Below are positions 1-8,222 of a stretch of 31,269 nucleotides of DNA, in pieces. The stretch is from Cellulosilyticaceae bacterium (GTDB lineage Bacteria > Bacillota > Clostridia > Lachnospirales > Cellulosilyticaceae): assembly GCA_051650265.1 (NCBI GenBank), contig JBOFIR010000037.1:1-31269 (forward strand). Reading direction: 5' to 3'. The notes under the pieces were generated by a model, which was not told the DNA's origin, ran no database searches, and saw only the letters and a list, made by a program, of their open reading frames with translations. Position numbers and translations under genes: made by a program. The first letter of the stretch is position 1. Each line of letters opens with the position of its first letter.

Positions 1-1188
1 CAGACCAGTAGCAAGACGATGAGTGTAATCACCATGACGTTGATTGTTGCCATCTGTGGGTATATGGGTGTGGTTTATTTTTGTGGCATTAATATGGGGC
101 ACTTGGCAGAGCGCATGGTGTTTGATTTGCAGATGGGAAATATGTATACCCCTGTGTCAGATGAGGCGCTGCTCTCAGATACACGCTACGATATTGTGCG
201 AGAATTTCTAGATGAGCAGGGCATCGCGGTCAAGGATGATGTGTATTTTGAGACGTATCTGCCTCAGAAAGAGCAGTTTCACCAGCGGGTGAAATATGAT
301 TTTCCATTTTCAGCGATTGCACTAAGTGATTACAATGCGCTACTGAATATGCAGGGACTACCACCTATAGACTTGGCAGAGGATGAGTTTGCTACCCAGT
401 GGTATGCCCTAGCCAGTGATAGGGAGATTGCTGACTTTGTACAAGCACATCAAGTCTTAGAGACAGACAATGGTACGCTAAGGCTGGCTGAAAATCCAGT
501 ATATACGTATAAGCTGAGTAACAATCTGTATAATGCGTATACTTCTGGTATTTATATTATCCCAGATCATATGGTAGAGGGGCTGCTGGCTGTAGAGCAG
601 CAGCGAGCGATCAATCTGATAGAACCACTGCCCTATGACAAAGGTGCGAAGCTCGGGCAGCTATTTGATACGTATTATGCCAAAGAAGCTGAGGCGTATC
701 ATTTGCAGCAAACAGCCTTAAAACAACGGCAAGCACCCCTCCCTATTTATCATTTGAGAGCCAAAAGTGTGGAGGTTAGTGATGCCAAAAGCTACAACTT
801 CATCATGCAGTCAGTCGTTTTGTGTGGTGCCACAGTTCTTTTGGTCATTTGCTTCACGATGTTGGCGCTGCAACAGCTCTCTGATGCCACTCATTTCAAA
901 TACCGCTTTGGTGTACTCAGGAGGCTGGGTGTCGATGAAGCACGCATCAACCGTCTGATTCAAAAGCAGCTCGGGCTATGGTTTGGGCTTCCTATAGGAT
1001 TTGGATACTGTACGGGGCTGGCGATTTGTCTAGCTGTGATGTTTGGATGGGTGAATGAGACGAGAGCTTATATTGGGTTTGGGACACTGTTGATTCAAGT
1101 GGGTGCAATTGCGTTGGTATTAGGGATTTTATTTACCTGTTACTATATAGCGACGTATTTGTTGTTTAAGAGAATAGTGAACAAGTAG
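1..1188 (+). CDS. ABC transporter permease, FtsX/MacB-like C-terminal half (5' partial; the reading frame is open to nt 1)
   Basis: Frame 1 is open from the window edge, so the M at 19 is internal. Translation shows TM segment - large extracytoplasmic domain - 3 C-terminal TM helices, the FtsX-type permease topology. Stop TAG 1186-1188, followed by a terminator hairpin. Confidence 0.55.
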   Translation, partial: QTSSKTMSVITMTLIVAICGYMGVVYFCGINMGHLAERMVFDLQMGNMYTPVSDEALLSDTRYDIVREFLDEQGIAVKDDVYFETYLPQKEQFHQRVKYDFPFSAIALSDYNALLNMQGLPPIDLAEDEFATQWYALASDREIADFVQAHQVLETDNGTLRLAENPVYTYKLSNNLYNAYTSGIYIIPDHMVEGLLAVEQQRAINLIEPLPYDKGAKLGQLFDTYYAKEAEAYHLQQTALKQRQAPLPIYHLRAKSVEVSDAKSYNFIMQSVVLCGATVLLVICFTMLALQQLSDATHFKYRFGVLRRLGVDEARINRLIQKQLGLWFGLPIGFGYCTGLAICLAVMFGWVNETRAYIGFGTLLIQVGAIALVLGILFTCYYIATYLLFKRIVNK

Positions 1189-1192
1189 CACA

Positions 1193-1233
1193 AAAGGATA
1201 AATCTTAACAAAAGAGATTTATCCTTTTTGTTA
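1193..1233 (+). terminator. Rho-independent terminator
   Basis: Perfect 13-bp inverted repeat aaaggataaatct / agatttatccttt with 9-nt loop and T-run (ttttt) immediately 3'. Followed by ~100 bp of AT-rich sequence (candidate promoter region for the downstream operon, not pinpointed). Confidence 0.6.
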
Positions 1234-1342
1234 TAAAAAAAATAAAAAATAATTAATTTTATATATAAAAAATGTTCAAAAAATTATAAGATAAGGTGAG
1301 AGTAAAATAAAGTCAAAATAAAAGTAAAAAGGAGTGAGCAGT

Positions 1343-2314
1343 ATGACACAAAGAGAGAGATTTATCAAAACATTAAAAGGTGAAAAGATAGGAGGTCAGG
1401 TGCCACACTTTGAGCTGGTATTTTTCTTGACCATGGAGGCTTTTGGCAAGGTGCATCCTTCACAGAGACATTATGGTCAGTGGAACCAGATGAGCTATGC
1501 AGAGAAAAAACTACATATATACGATATGGCAGATCTTTATATTGAGACAGCAAGACGTTATGACCATGATGCGATTTTTGTGCATCCCAACCCAGGGGAC
1601 TTTGACAACGTGCAGTGGCTTCTTGAGACGATTAGAGAGAAGACAGGCGATACGTATTATCTGATGATGCATGGTGACCCAACTTGGTCGATCCCATCAG
1701 GAGATGACATGATGGACTTCGCAGCACAGATGTATGAGGAGCCGGAGAAGCTCAATGAGATTTCTCAAAGACGTGTGGAGCAATCCCTTGCATTCGCAAG
1801 CAAGCTAGATGCCAAAGGGCATCTTTTAGATGGCTTTGCCTTATGCTCTGACTACTGCTTCAACGTGAATCCATTTTTCAATGAAGAGAAGTTTGATGAG
1901 CTGATCGTGCCTTACCTTGCAGAGGTGATCAAAGGCTATCGTGATCTGGGGTATTATACGATCAAACATACAGATGGCAATATCATGCCGATCCTTCAGC
2001 AGATGGTGGACTGTAAGCCAGATGCCCTTCACTCACTTGATCCACAAGGTGGCGTTGATCTTGCAGAGGTCAAGCGGTTGTATGGGGATCAGGTCACACT
2101 TATTGGTAATGTCAACTGTGGTTTGCTTCAGACAGGGACAGAGGAAGAATGCCGTAGTGATGTGCTACGTACCTTAAAGCAAGGTATGGAAGGAGGCAAA
2201 GGCTTTATTTTCTCAACGTCTAACTGTGCCTATACAGGCCTACCACTTGAGCGATATGAGATGATGGTAGACTTGTGGCGTGAATATGGTAACTATGACA
2301 ACCAAAAGTGGTAA
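1343..2314 (+). CDS. Uroporphyrinogen decarboxylase (URO-D)/MtaA-fold family protein
   Basis: ATG 1343 preceded by AAAGGAG at 8 nt spacing (track start 1334 is GTG 9 nt upstream). N-terminus MTQRERFIKTLKGEKIGGQVP matches the MtaA/URO-D family start (ER-x-L-x-GE-x-D-VP). The MtaA Zn ligand motif H-x-C is not seen; IKHTDGN is present instead. 25 nt upstream of the sulfatase, with RBS AAGAGGAG. Confidence 0.5.
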   Translation: MTQRERFIKTLKGEKIGGQVPHFELVFFLTMEAFGKVHPSQRHYGQWNQMSYAEKKLHIYDMADLYIETARRYDHDAIFVHPNPGDFDNVQWLLETIREKTGDTYYLMMHGDPTWSIPSGDDMMDFAAQMYEEPEKLNEISQRRVEQSLAFASKLDAKGHLLDGFALCSDYCFNVNPFFNEEKFDELIVPYLAEVIKGYRDLGYYTIKHTDGNIMPILQQMVDCKPDALHSLDPQGGVDLAEVKRLYGDQVTLIGNVNCGLLQTGTEEECRSDVLRTLKQGMEGGKGFIFSTSNCAYTGLPLERYEMMVDLWREYGNYDNQKW

Positions 2315-2338
2315 TTCAAGCAAAAGAGGAGCGAATCA

Positions 2339-3729
2339 ATGACGAACATTGTTTTTATCTTAATAGATGATATGGGCTGGAAAGACCTAGCCTGCTATGG
2401 CAGTACATATTATGAAACACCTGAGATTGATAAGCTTGCCAAGGGCGGCATGCGCTTTGATCAGGCTTATGCAGCTTCTCCTGTGTGTTCACCCACTCGT
2501 GCGAGTATCATGAGTGGGAAGTATCCCGCGAGAGTACAGGTTACTGATTGGATTGGGGCATCGGCTAGAGGTCGCCTTATTGATGCACCTTATGTAGACC
2601 ATCTGCCTTTGGCAGAGAAGAGTCTGGGGTCTGCCTTGAAGGAGAATGGCTATGCCACCTGGCATGTGGGCAAGTGGCATCTAGGTGCCAAGCCGTACTA
2701 TCCAGACCAGCATGGTTTTGATGTGAATATCGGGGGCAATCACGCAGGGCACCCACACCATGGCTACTTTAGCCCTTATCAGCTAGAGAATCTAGAGGAG
2801 GGACCTGATGGCGAGTATCTAACAGATCGCCTCACCGAGGAGAGTATCACACTCATTCGTAATAGAGATAAGACCAAGCCTTTCTTCCTCAATTTGTGGC
2901 ACTACACAGTGCATACACCGGTACAGGCAAAGGCTGCAGATATTGCTTACTTTGAAGAGAAGGCGAAGCGTTTGGGATTAGATCAGCAAGTCGCACTGGT
3001 AGAGGGAGAGCATTTCCCTTGTGAGCACAAGAAAAATCAGCGGGTAATGCGCCGCGTTGTCCAGTCAGACCCAGCCTATGCAGCTATGATCTACAATCTA
3101 GACTGGAACGTTGGGCGATTGATGCAGGTCTTAGAAGCAGAAGGGATCTTGGAGGATACACTGATCATCTTCACTTCGGACAATGGTGGCCTTGCCACAG
3201 CAGAAGGTTCACCCACATGCAATGCCCACTGAGTGAGGGCAAAGGCTGGATGTATGATGGTGGTGTGAGAGAGCCGCTCATAGCTTATTGGAAGGGGACC
3301 ATCGGATCAGATAGCCTCAGCCATCGGTTGGTCACAAGCCCTGATTTTTATCCAACGTTCTTGGAGATAGCAGGTGCACCACTACAGCCTCAGCAGCATC
3401 AAGATGGTGAGAGCTTTGCGAACACGCTTAGGGGAGCAGCAGGGGAGAGACAGCAGCCCCTATTCTGGCACTACCCTCATTATGGCAATCAAGGTGGCAC
3501 ACCGTACTCAGCCATCCGAGATGGGGCATATAAGCTCATTTATTTCTATGAAGACGAGAGCGTTGCACTCTATGATCTCACACAGGATGTAGGGGAAACA
3601 CATAATCTAGCAGATCAGATGCCAGAAGTTGTAGAGGCACTTCTGGTAACCTTAAAGAAATGGGTGGTTGAAGTTGATGGGAGAATTCCAGTTACAAACC
3701 CAGCCTATACAGACAGGGATCATCTTTAA
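2339..3729 (+). pseudogene. Cys-type sulfatase (arylsulfatase family), frameshifted
   Basis: N-terminal ORF 2339-3232 carries the sulfatase signature LIDDMGW...CSPTRASIMSGKYP (FGly motif C-S-P-T-R, Cys codon ~2486). Sulfatase-like sequence continues in the +2 frame (3217-3729: PLSEGKGWMYDGGVREPL...). The frames are joined by restoring one C in the run aatgCCCact (3225-3227). Frame-1 stop TGA is at 3230-3232. Confidence 0.65.
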
Positions 3730-4600
3730 TATACAGAAGTTTTCGGTCCATGATGGACCAGGAATCCGTACAACGGTGTTTATGAAAGGCTGCCCCCTTC
3801 GCTGTAAGTGGTGCCACAACCCAGAAGGACTCGCTAAGAGACAGCAGCTTCAGTATATGGCAACCCAGTGTATTGGCTGTCAGAAGTGTGCACAGGTGTG
3901 TCAGCAGGGTGTGCATACATTTGGGAACCAAGTCCATCTCGTGGATGCTAAGAAGTGCACGCTCTGCGAAGCCTGTATGGCGGCGTGTCCTGCGCAAGCA
4001 CTTGTAAGATGTGGGGATGTGATGACGGTGCAGCAGGTGATGCAGGAGGTTCTAGAAGATCAAGTTTTTTATGGGGAAACTGGCGGCGTGACTTTCTCGG
4101 GGGGCGAGGCTTTGATGCAAAGTCCTTTTGTAACAGAGGTCTTAAGCGCTTGTAAAGCAGAAGGGATCCATACAGCCATTGATACATCAGGGTATTGCAA
4201 ATGGGAGGATCTTGAGCGGACACTGCCGTATTGCGATTTGTACCTGTATGATATCAAGAGTCTCAATCTGGCAAAGCACAAGGAGTTAACAGGGGTGGAA
4301 CCCACTTTGATCTTAGAGAATCTAAAGCGCCTGGATGCAGCGCAAAAGCCCATATGGATCAGGGTACCTGTTATTGGTGGCTTGAATGCCAATGAGCAAG
4401 AGATGCGGGAAATTGCCCAGTTCATCAAATCACTAAGCCATGTGGCGCAGACAACTTTGATGCCCTATCATGTGCTTGGTAAAGAAAAGTATCAGACATT
4501 GGGGCGGGTCTATGACTATGATGCAAGTGAGCTTGTGACACAGGAGATGCTTTTGAGTTATCAGGCCATCTTTGTGTCTGAGGGGATTTTATTAAAATAG
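3677..4600 (+). CDS. Glycyl radical enzyme activating enzyme (radical SAM, PFL2-class with ferredoxin-like insert)
   Basis: GIIFNIQKFSVHDGPGIRTTVFMKGCPLRCKWCHNPE is the hallmark Gly-rich + CxxxCxxC N-terminus of PflA-like activases. Two additional CxxCxxCxxxC clusters (CIGCQKCAQVC, CTLCEACMAAC) are typical of activases of GDH/CutC-type GREs. Start is ambiguous: TTG 3668 (track) or ATG 3677. It overlaps the sulfatase 3' end, which stops at 3729. Confidence 0.85.
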   Translation: MGEFQLQTQPIQTGIIFNIQKFSVHDGPGIRTTVFMKGCPLRCKWCHNPEGLAKRQQLQYMATQCIGCQKCAQVCQQGVHTFGNQVHLVDAKKCTLCEACMAACPAQALVRCGDVMTVQQVMQEVLEDQVFYGETGGVTFSGGEALMQSPFVTEVLSACKAEGIHTAIDTSGYCKWEDLERTLPYCDLYLYDIKSLNLAKHKELTGVEPTLILENLKRLDAAQKPIWIRVPVIGGLNANEQEMREIAQFIKSLSHVAQTTLMPYHVLGKEKYQTLGRVYDYDASELVTQEMLLSYQAIFVSEGILLK

Positions 4601-4615
4601 AGGTGAGGGTCAGGG

Positions 4616-6808
4616 ATGAATCGTACAGCTTTTTTAAGAAAGGTTACTATCAACAATGAGAATAAGATGATGCGCCGTGTGATGCCAGATGATTGGTCGG
4701 TAGCAGACAAGGCATGTAGCTTGATGGAAAGAAGAGCCTATGCAGTAGCGAAGGTACTTGAAGAGATGCCGCTCTATATAGGGGAGCAAGAATTGATCGT
4801 TGGTACAAGAACGATACTTGGTAGACTAGGTTCAGGCAAAGAACCAGAAGGGATCTCAGACTTTTGTGATGCAGTATTGCCAGCGTATGTTAATCAGCAG
4901 GATATAGACTTTTTTGGTTTTCATGCACCGCATCTGAAGACCCATGCTGCAGGTGATTATGGGATTATCCTACGCAAAGGGATTGATGGTGTTATTGCAC
5001 AGGCGAGGGAGCAATTAGAAGGCGAAATGCTTGAAGACCAAGCTGATTTTCTAAAAGCAGTGATCATCTGTTATCAGGGGCTAAGTACACTGATCAAGCG
5101 CTATAGTGACTATGCCCTGTTGTTGGCTACCCAAGAAGTGGATGCCACAAGAAAGGCGGAATTAGAGACTATTGCAACAGATTGTGAGTGGCTAGCCCAT
5201 CAACCCGCCCATGATTTTAAGCAGGCGTGCCAGATGCTATGGTTTGCGCATTTGACAGTCATGGTAGAAAATTTTGGGCTTATGAGCTATGGGAGGGTGG
5301 ATCAGGTACTTGCGCCTTATCTTGGAGTGATGCCAAAAGAACAAGCGCAGCAGTACATCGATTGTTTACTTCTTAAGATGTATGACCAGGTGGATCTCAA
5401 GGAATGTTACTATGGGACACATTCCTCACAGCCCAATATAACGATTGGGGGGATTACACCTGAGGGAGAAGATGCTATCAATGAGGTGACTTATTTACTC
5501 ATTGAAGGAAAGAAGCATACCAACCTACCTGACCCACAGTATGCTATTCGTATCCACAGCAAAAATCCTGAGCAGTATGTAGAGGCTGTCTGTGAACTTG
5601 CAGTAAAAGGTATCAATTGTGTCTCTTATTATAACGATGATCTTTGGATTGAGAGTATGTGCCATGCGGGCATATCACGGATACATGCCAATGACTATGC
5701 CTTTGATGTATGCCAAGATATGACAGTGGCTGGGAAGGGGGATTTTTGTGCATCTGGTGATATTTCACTCCTGCGTACCCTGCTTGATTATCTAGAAACT
5801 GTGTCTGCAGAATGTACTTGGGAGGTCTTATATGAGGGATTCAAGACACTTGCTATTCAAAAGATGGAAGAAGTGATTGGGCGATACAATCGTACACTAG
5901 AAGCCTTTATTGCATTTCATGAAGGCGATAGACAGAGGTATGTAGATCAAGTCAAAGCAGGTGAAGTCGGGCAGACTTTAGGATGGAATACATCTCTCAT
6001 GGCACCTATCCCTTTTACTTCAACACTATTTGAGGGGTGTATGGAGACCGCTACAGATTTGACACGAGTAGGCTGTCTACTCAAACATAGGGGCTTTTAC
6101 TTTATGGGGCCAACAGAGACCCTCAATGGGTTAAGTGCGATCAAATACTGTGTTTATGAGAAGAAAATGCTGAGTCTAGAGCAGGTCATTGCGGCCTATC
6201 AGTCAAATTATGAGGGGTTAGAAGGAGAGGTCATCAGACAGCACCTCCTTCATGCACCCAAATGGGGAAATGATGATGATTTTGTTGATCTACTTGCCAA
6301 AGATTTGTTTGAATCAGTCTGCCAAGAGGTGAGCAAACATCAGACACCAGATGGTGGGGTACATCTAGCAGGTCTGCATCAGGCACATCCTGTAGGTGAT
6401 GGCAAGTACTACGGCGCGACACCAGATGGTAGGCGTGCAGGTGAGCCCCTTACAGTATCTTTGTCACCTGCCAATGGGACAATGAAAAAAGGACCTTTAG
6501 CAGCGCTCAAATCTGTGGCAAAGCTTGATCCGAATTGTTGTCAGTGGAATAGCTGTTTCATGCTACAATACTTTAGTTCTGTCTTTGAAGGCAATGAGGG
6601 AATCACCAACTTCAAGAAGTTATTAGAAGGTTATTTTGCAATAGGTGGGATGCAGCATCAGCCCAATGTAGTAGATGTGGGTGCACTCAAGGCGGCACAA
6701 AGGGAGCCTGAAAAGTATAAGGATCTTATTGTGAGGATGTGGGGTGTTTCTGCCCACTTTGTAGACCTTACCAAAGAGATTCAAGATGAACTCATTAATC
6801 GTTTCTGA
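4616..6808 (+). CDS. Glycyl radical enzyme (PFL2/glycerol-dehydratase-like fold), divergent, substrate unassigned
   Basis: N-terminus RAYAVAKVLEEMPLYIGEQELIVGTRT resembles the GRE N-terminal region. C-terminal Gly-radical domain GGMQHQPNVVDVGALKAAQREPEKYKDLIVRMWGVSAHFVDLTKEIQDELINRF aligns to GG-Q-NV...PE-Y-DLIVRV(A/S)GYSA-F-L-KE-Q-E-I-R. Candidate thiyl loop NDYAFDVCQDMTV lies ~344 aa upstream of the radical Gly (Cys366, Gly710), consistent with GRE spacing. RBS GAGGTGAGGG. Confidence 0.8.
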   Translation: MNRTAFLRKVTINNENKMMRRVMPDDWSVADKACSLMERRAYAVAKVLEEMPLYIGEQELIVGTRTILGRLGSGKEPEGISDFCDAVLPAYVNQQDIDFFGFHAPHLKTHAAGDYGIILRKGIDGVIAQAREQLEGEMLEDQADFLKAVIICYQGLSTLIKRYSDYALLLATQEVDATRKAELETIATDCEWLAHQPAHDFKQACQMLWFAHLTVMVENFGLMSYGRVDQVLAPYLGVMPKEQAQQYIDCLLLKMYDQVDLKECYYGTHSSQPNITIGGITPEGEDAINEVTYLLIEGKKHTNLPDPQYAIRIHSKNPEQYVEAVCELAVKGINCVSYYNDDLWIESMCHAGISRIHANDYAFDVCQDMTVAGKGDFCASGDISLLRTLLDYLETVSAECTWEVLYEGFKTLAIQKMEEVIGRYNRTLEAFIAFHEGDRQRYVDQVKAGEVGQTLGWNTSLMAPIPFTSTLFEGCMETATDLTRVGCLLKHRGFYFMGPTETLNGLSAIKYCVYEKKMLSLEQVIAAYQSNYEGLEGEVIRQHLLHAPKWGNDDDFVDLLAKDLFESVCQEVSKHQTPDGGVHLAGLHQAHPVGDGKYYGATPDGRRAGEPLTVSLSPANGTMKKGPLAALKSVAKLDPNCCQWNSCFMLQYFSSVFEGNEGITNFKKLLEGYFAIGGMQHQPNVVDVGALKAAQREPEKYKDLIVRMWGVSAHFVDLTKEIQDELINRF

Positions 6809-6907
6809 GTTTTTTCTTCAAAAAGTTAGACCTTCTACACCAATTGGCGCTATAATAGATGGTAGAATAGTCTAATTTTGGGATAACACCAATAAGGTGG
6901 ATAAAGT

Positions 6908-8113
6908 ATGGAGGTAGGAGTGATGATGGTACTAGTGGTACTTAGCATAGCTGCTCTAGGGGTTGCAGCTTGGCAATATCATGAGCGACAAAAACTCCAG
7001 AGAAGGTTAGTGATTTTAGAGGCTATAGAAGAACTAGGGGAGCGATTCAATAGCCAATTAAAACTCAGTCAGTTAGTAGATCATATTGTGAAGACGCTAA
7101 AAAGGGAAATCGCTGCTGATATGGGTGCGCTGTTCTTAGTCAATGATGAGGGGAATAAGTTGGAACTACAAGTTGCACTTGGAAACAATGATGCACAAAT
7201 CGGGGAAAATTATTCACCACTAGGGGATAAGATTGCTGATTGGGTAGCGCATCATGGGGAGAGTGTGAATCTCAGAGACGCTATGACCAATGAAGTGATT
7301 AGGAACTGGTATGCGCAGGAGGTGGCGAGCTCACCGTATGAGTATGCATTGCTGACACTACCGATCAAAGATGATCACAAAGTAATCGGGGTCTTACAAT
7401 TTATCAATAGTACACCGAGGCGTGTGTTTGGAGAAGAAGACCAAAGCTTTGTAGAGGAAGTCATCCGAAGAAAAGTGGTGATGAGTCTGGAAAAGGCACA
7501 GCTCTATGAAAAGCTACGTACCACTTTTGTAGACTCTATACGTACTGTAGCGAGTGTTATTGATGCGAAGGATAAATATACCATAGGGCATTGTCACAGG
7601 GTAGCCGACTATGCCATACGTCTGGGGCGATATATGGGGCTTGAAGATGAAGCGATAGAGGATCTAGAATATGCGGCAATTCTTCATGATGTGGGTAAGA
7701 TTGGTATTAGTGATATGATCTTGAATAAGGCAACAAGCCTGACTCAGGAGGAATATGAACTGGTCAAACAACATCCTGTATTGGGCGCTGAGATTTTGAG
7801 CAAGATTACGACCCTCAAGGAAGAAGTGGTATGGGGGGCAAAGTATCACCATGAACGCTATGATGGTGGTGGTTATGGAGAGGGACTGAGTGGCAAGGAG
7901 ATCCCGCTTTATGCAAGGATTATCGCAATTGTAGACGCCTATGATGCCATGGTTGGCGATCGGGTGTACCACAAGGGGATTGCACCTGAGGAAGCCATTA
8001 CAAGGCTGCTAGAAGGCAAGGGGACACAGTTTGATCCGGCTCTTACCAATTTGTTTGTTCAGATGATTCGAGCAACTGAGAGAAGTAGAACACATACAAA
8101 AAGATCTTGCTAA
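6908..8113 (+). CDS. GAF domain-containing HD-GYP phosphodiesterase (c-di-GMP)
   Basis: N-terminal TM helix, GAF-like region, then HD-GYP motifs HDVGKIG, HHERYDGGGYGEGL and IVDAYDAM. Confidence 0.75.
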   Translation: MEVGVMMVLVVLSIAALGVAAWQYHERQKLQRRLVILEAIEELGERFNSQLKLSQLVDHIVKTLKREIAADMGALFLVNDEGNKLELQVALGNNDAQIGENYSPLGDKIADWVAHHGESVNLRDAMTNEVIRNWYAQEVASSPYEYALLTLPIKDDHKVIGVLQFINSTPRRVFGEEDQSFVEEVIRRKVVMSLEKAQLYEKLRTTFVDSIRTVASVIDAKDKYTIGHCHRVADYAIRLGRYMGLEDEAIEDLEYAAILHDVGKIGISDMILNKATSLTQEEYELVKQHPVLGAEILSKITTLKEEVVWGAKYHHERYDGGGYGEGLSGKEIPLYARIIAIVDAYDAMVGDRVYHKGIAPEEAITRLLEGKGTQFDPALTNLFVQMIRATERSRTHTKRSC

Positions 8114-8130
8114 GCAAGGTCTTTTTTGTT
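8101..8130 (+). terminator. Rho-independent terminator overlapping the stop codon
   Basis: aagatcttgc-taag-gcaaggtctt stem (10 bp, one G.U) followed by ttttttgttt. Confidence 0.5.
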
Positions 8131-8222
8131 TGCTGGTCTAAAGGTGAATACACCCTAATACAATGGGTAGTGGGCAAATGTGAAACTTTGCGCCATAAAA
8201 CGTGTATAAAGGGGTGATTGGT

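Noticed and set aside
3692-4428. Three antisense ORFs (3692-3997, 3948-4223, 4069-4428, minus strand) inside the glycyl radical activase gene
   Set aside because: They are fully embedded antisense to a CDS with strong family motifs, lack an RBS, and their products are low-complexity (Arg/Pro/Ser-rich). These are typical spurious ORFs.
3677-4600. The radical SAM gene next to the sulfatase as an anaerobic sulfatase-maturating enzyme
   Set aside because: The N-terminus GIIFNIQKFSVHDGPGIRTTVF-CxxxCxxC and ferredoxin-like insert are diagnostic of PflA-family glycyl-radical activases. There is no SPASM C-terminal domain. It pairs naturally with the downstream GRE.
6560-6600. Twin cysteines (DPNCCQWNSC) in the glycyl radical enzyme as a PFL-type Cys418/Cys419 catalytic pair
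   Set aside because: They lie only ~100 aa before the radical Gly. The catalytic loop in all GRE structures is ~320-345 aa upstream of the Gly, where this protein has DVCQD. The cluster is more likely a peripheral feature.
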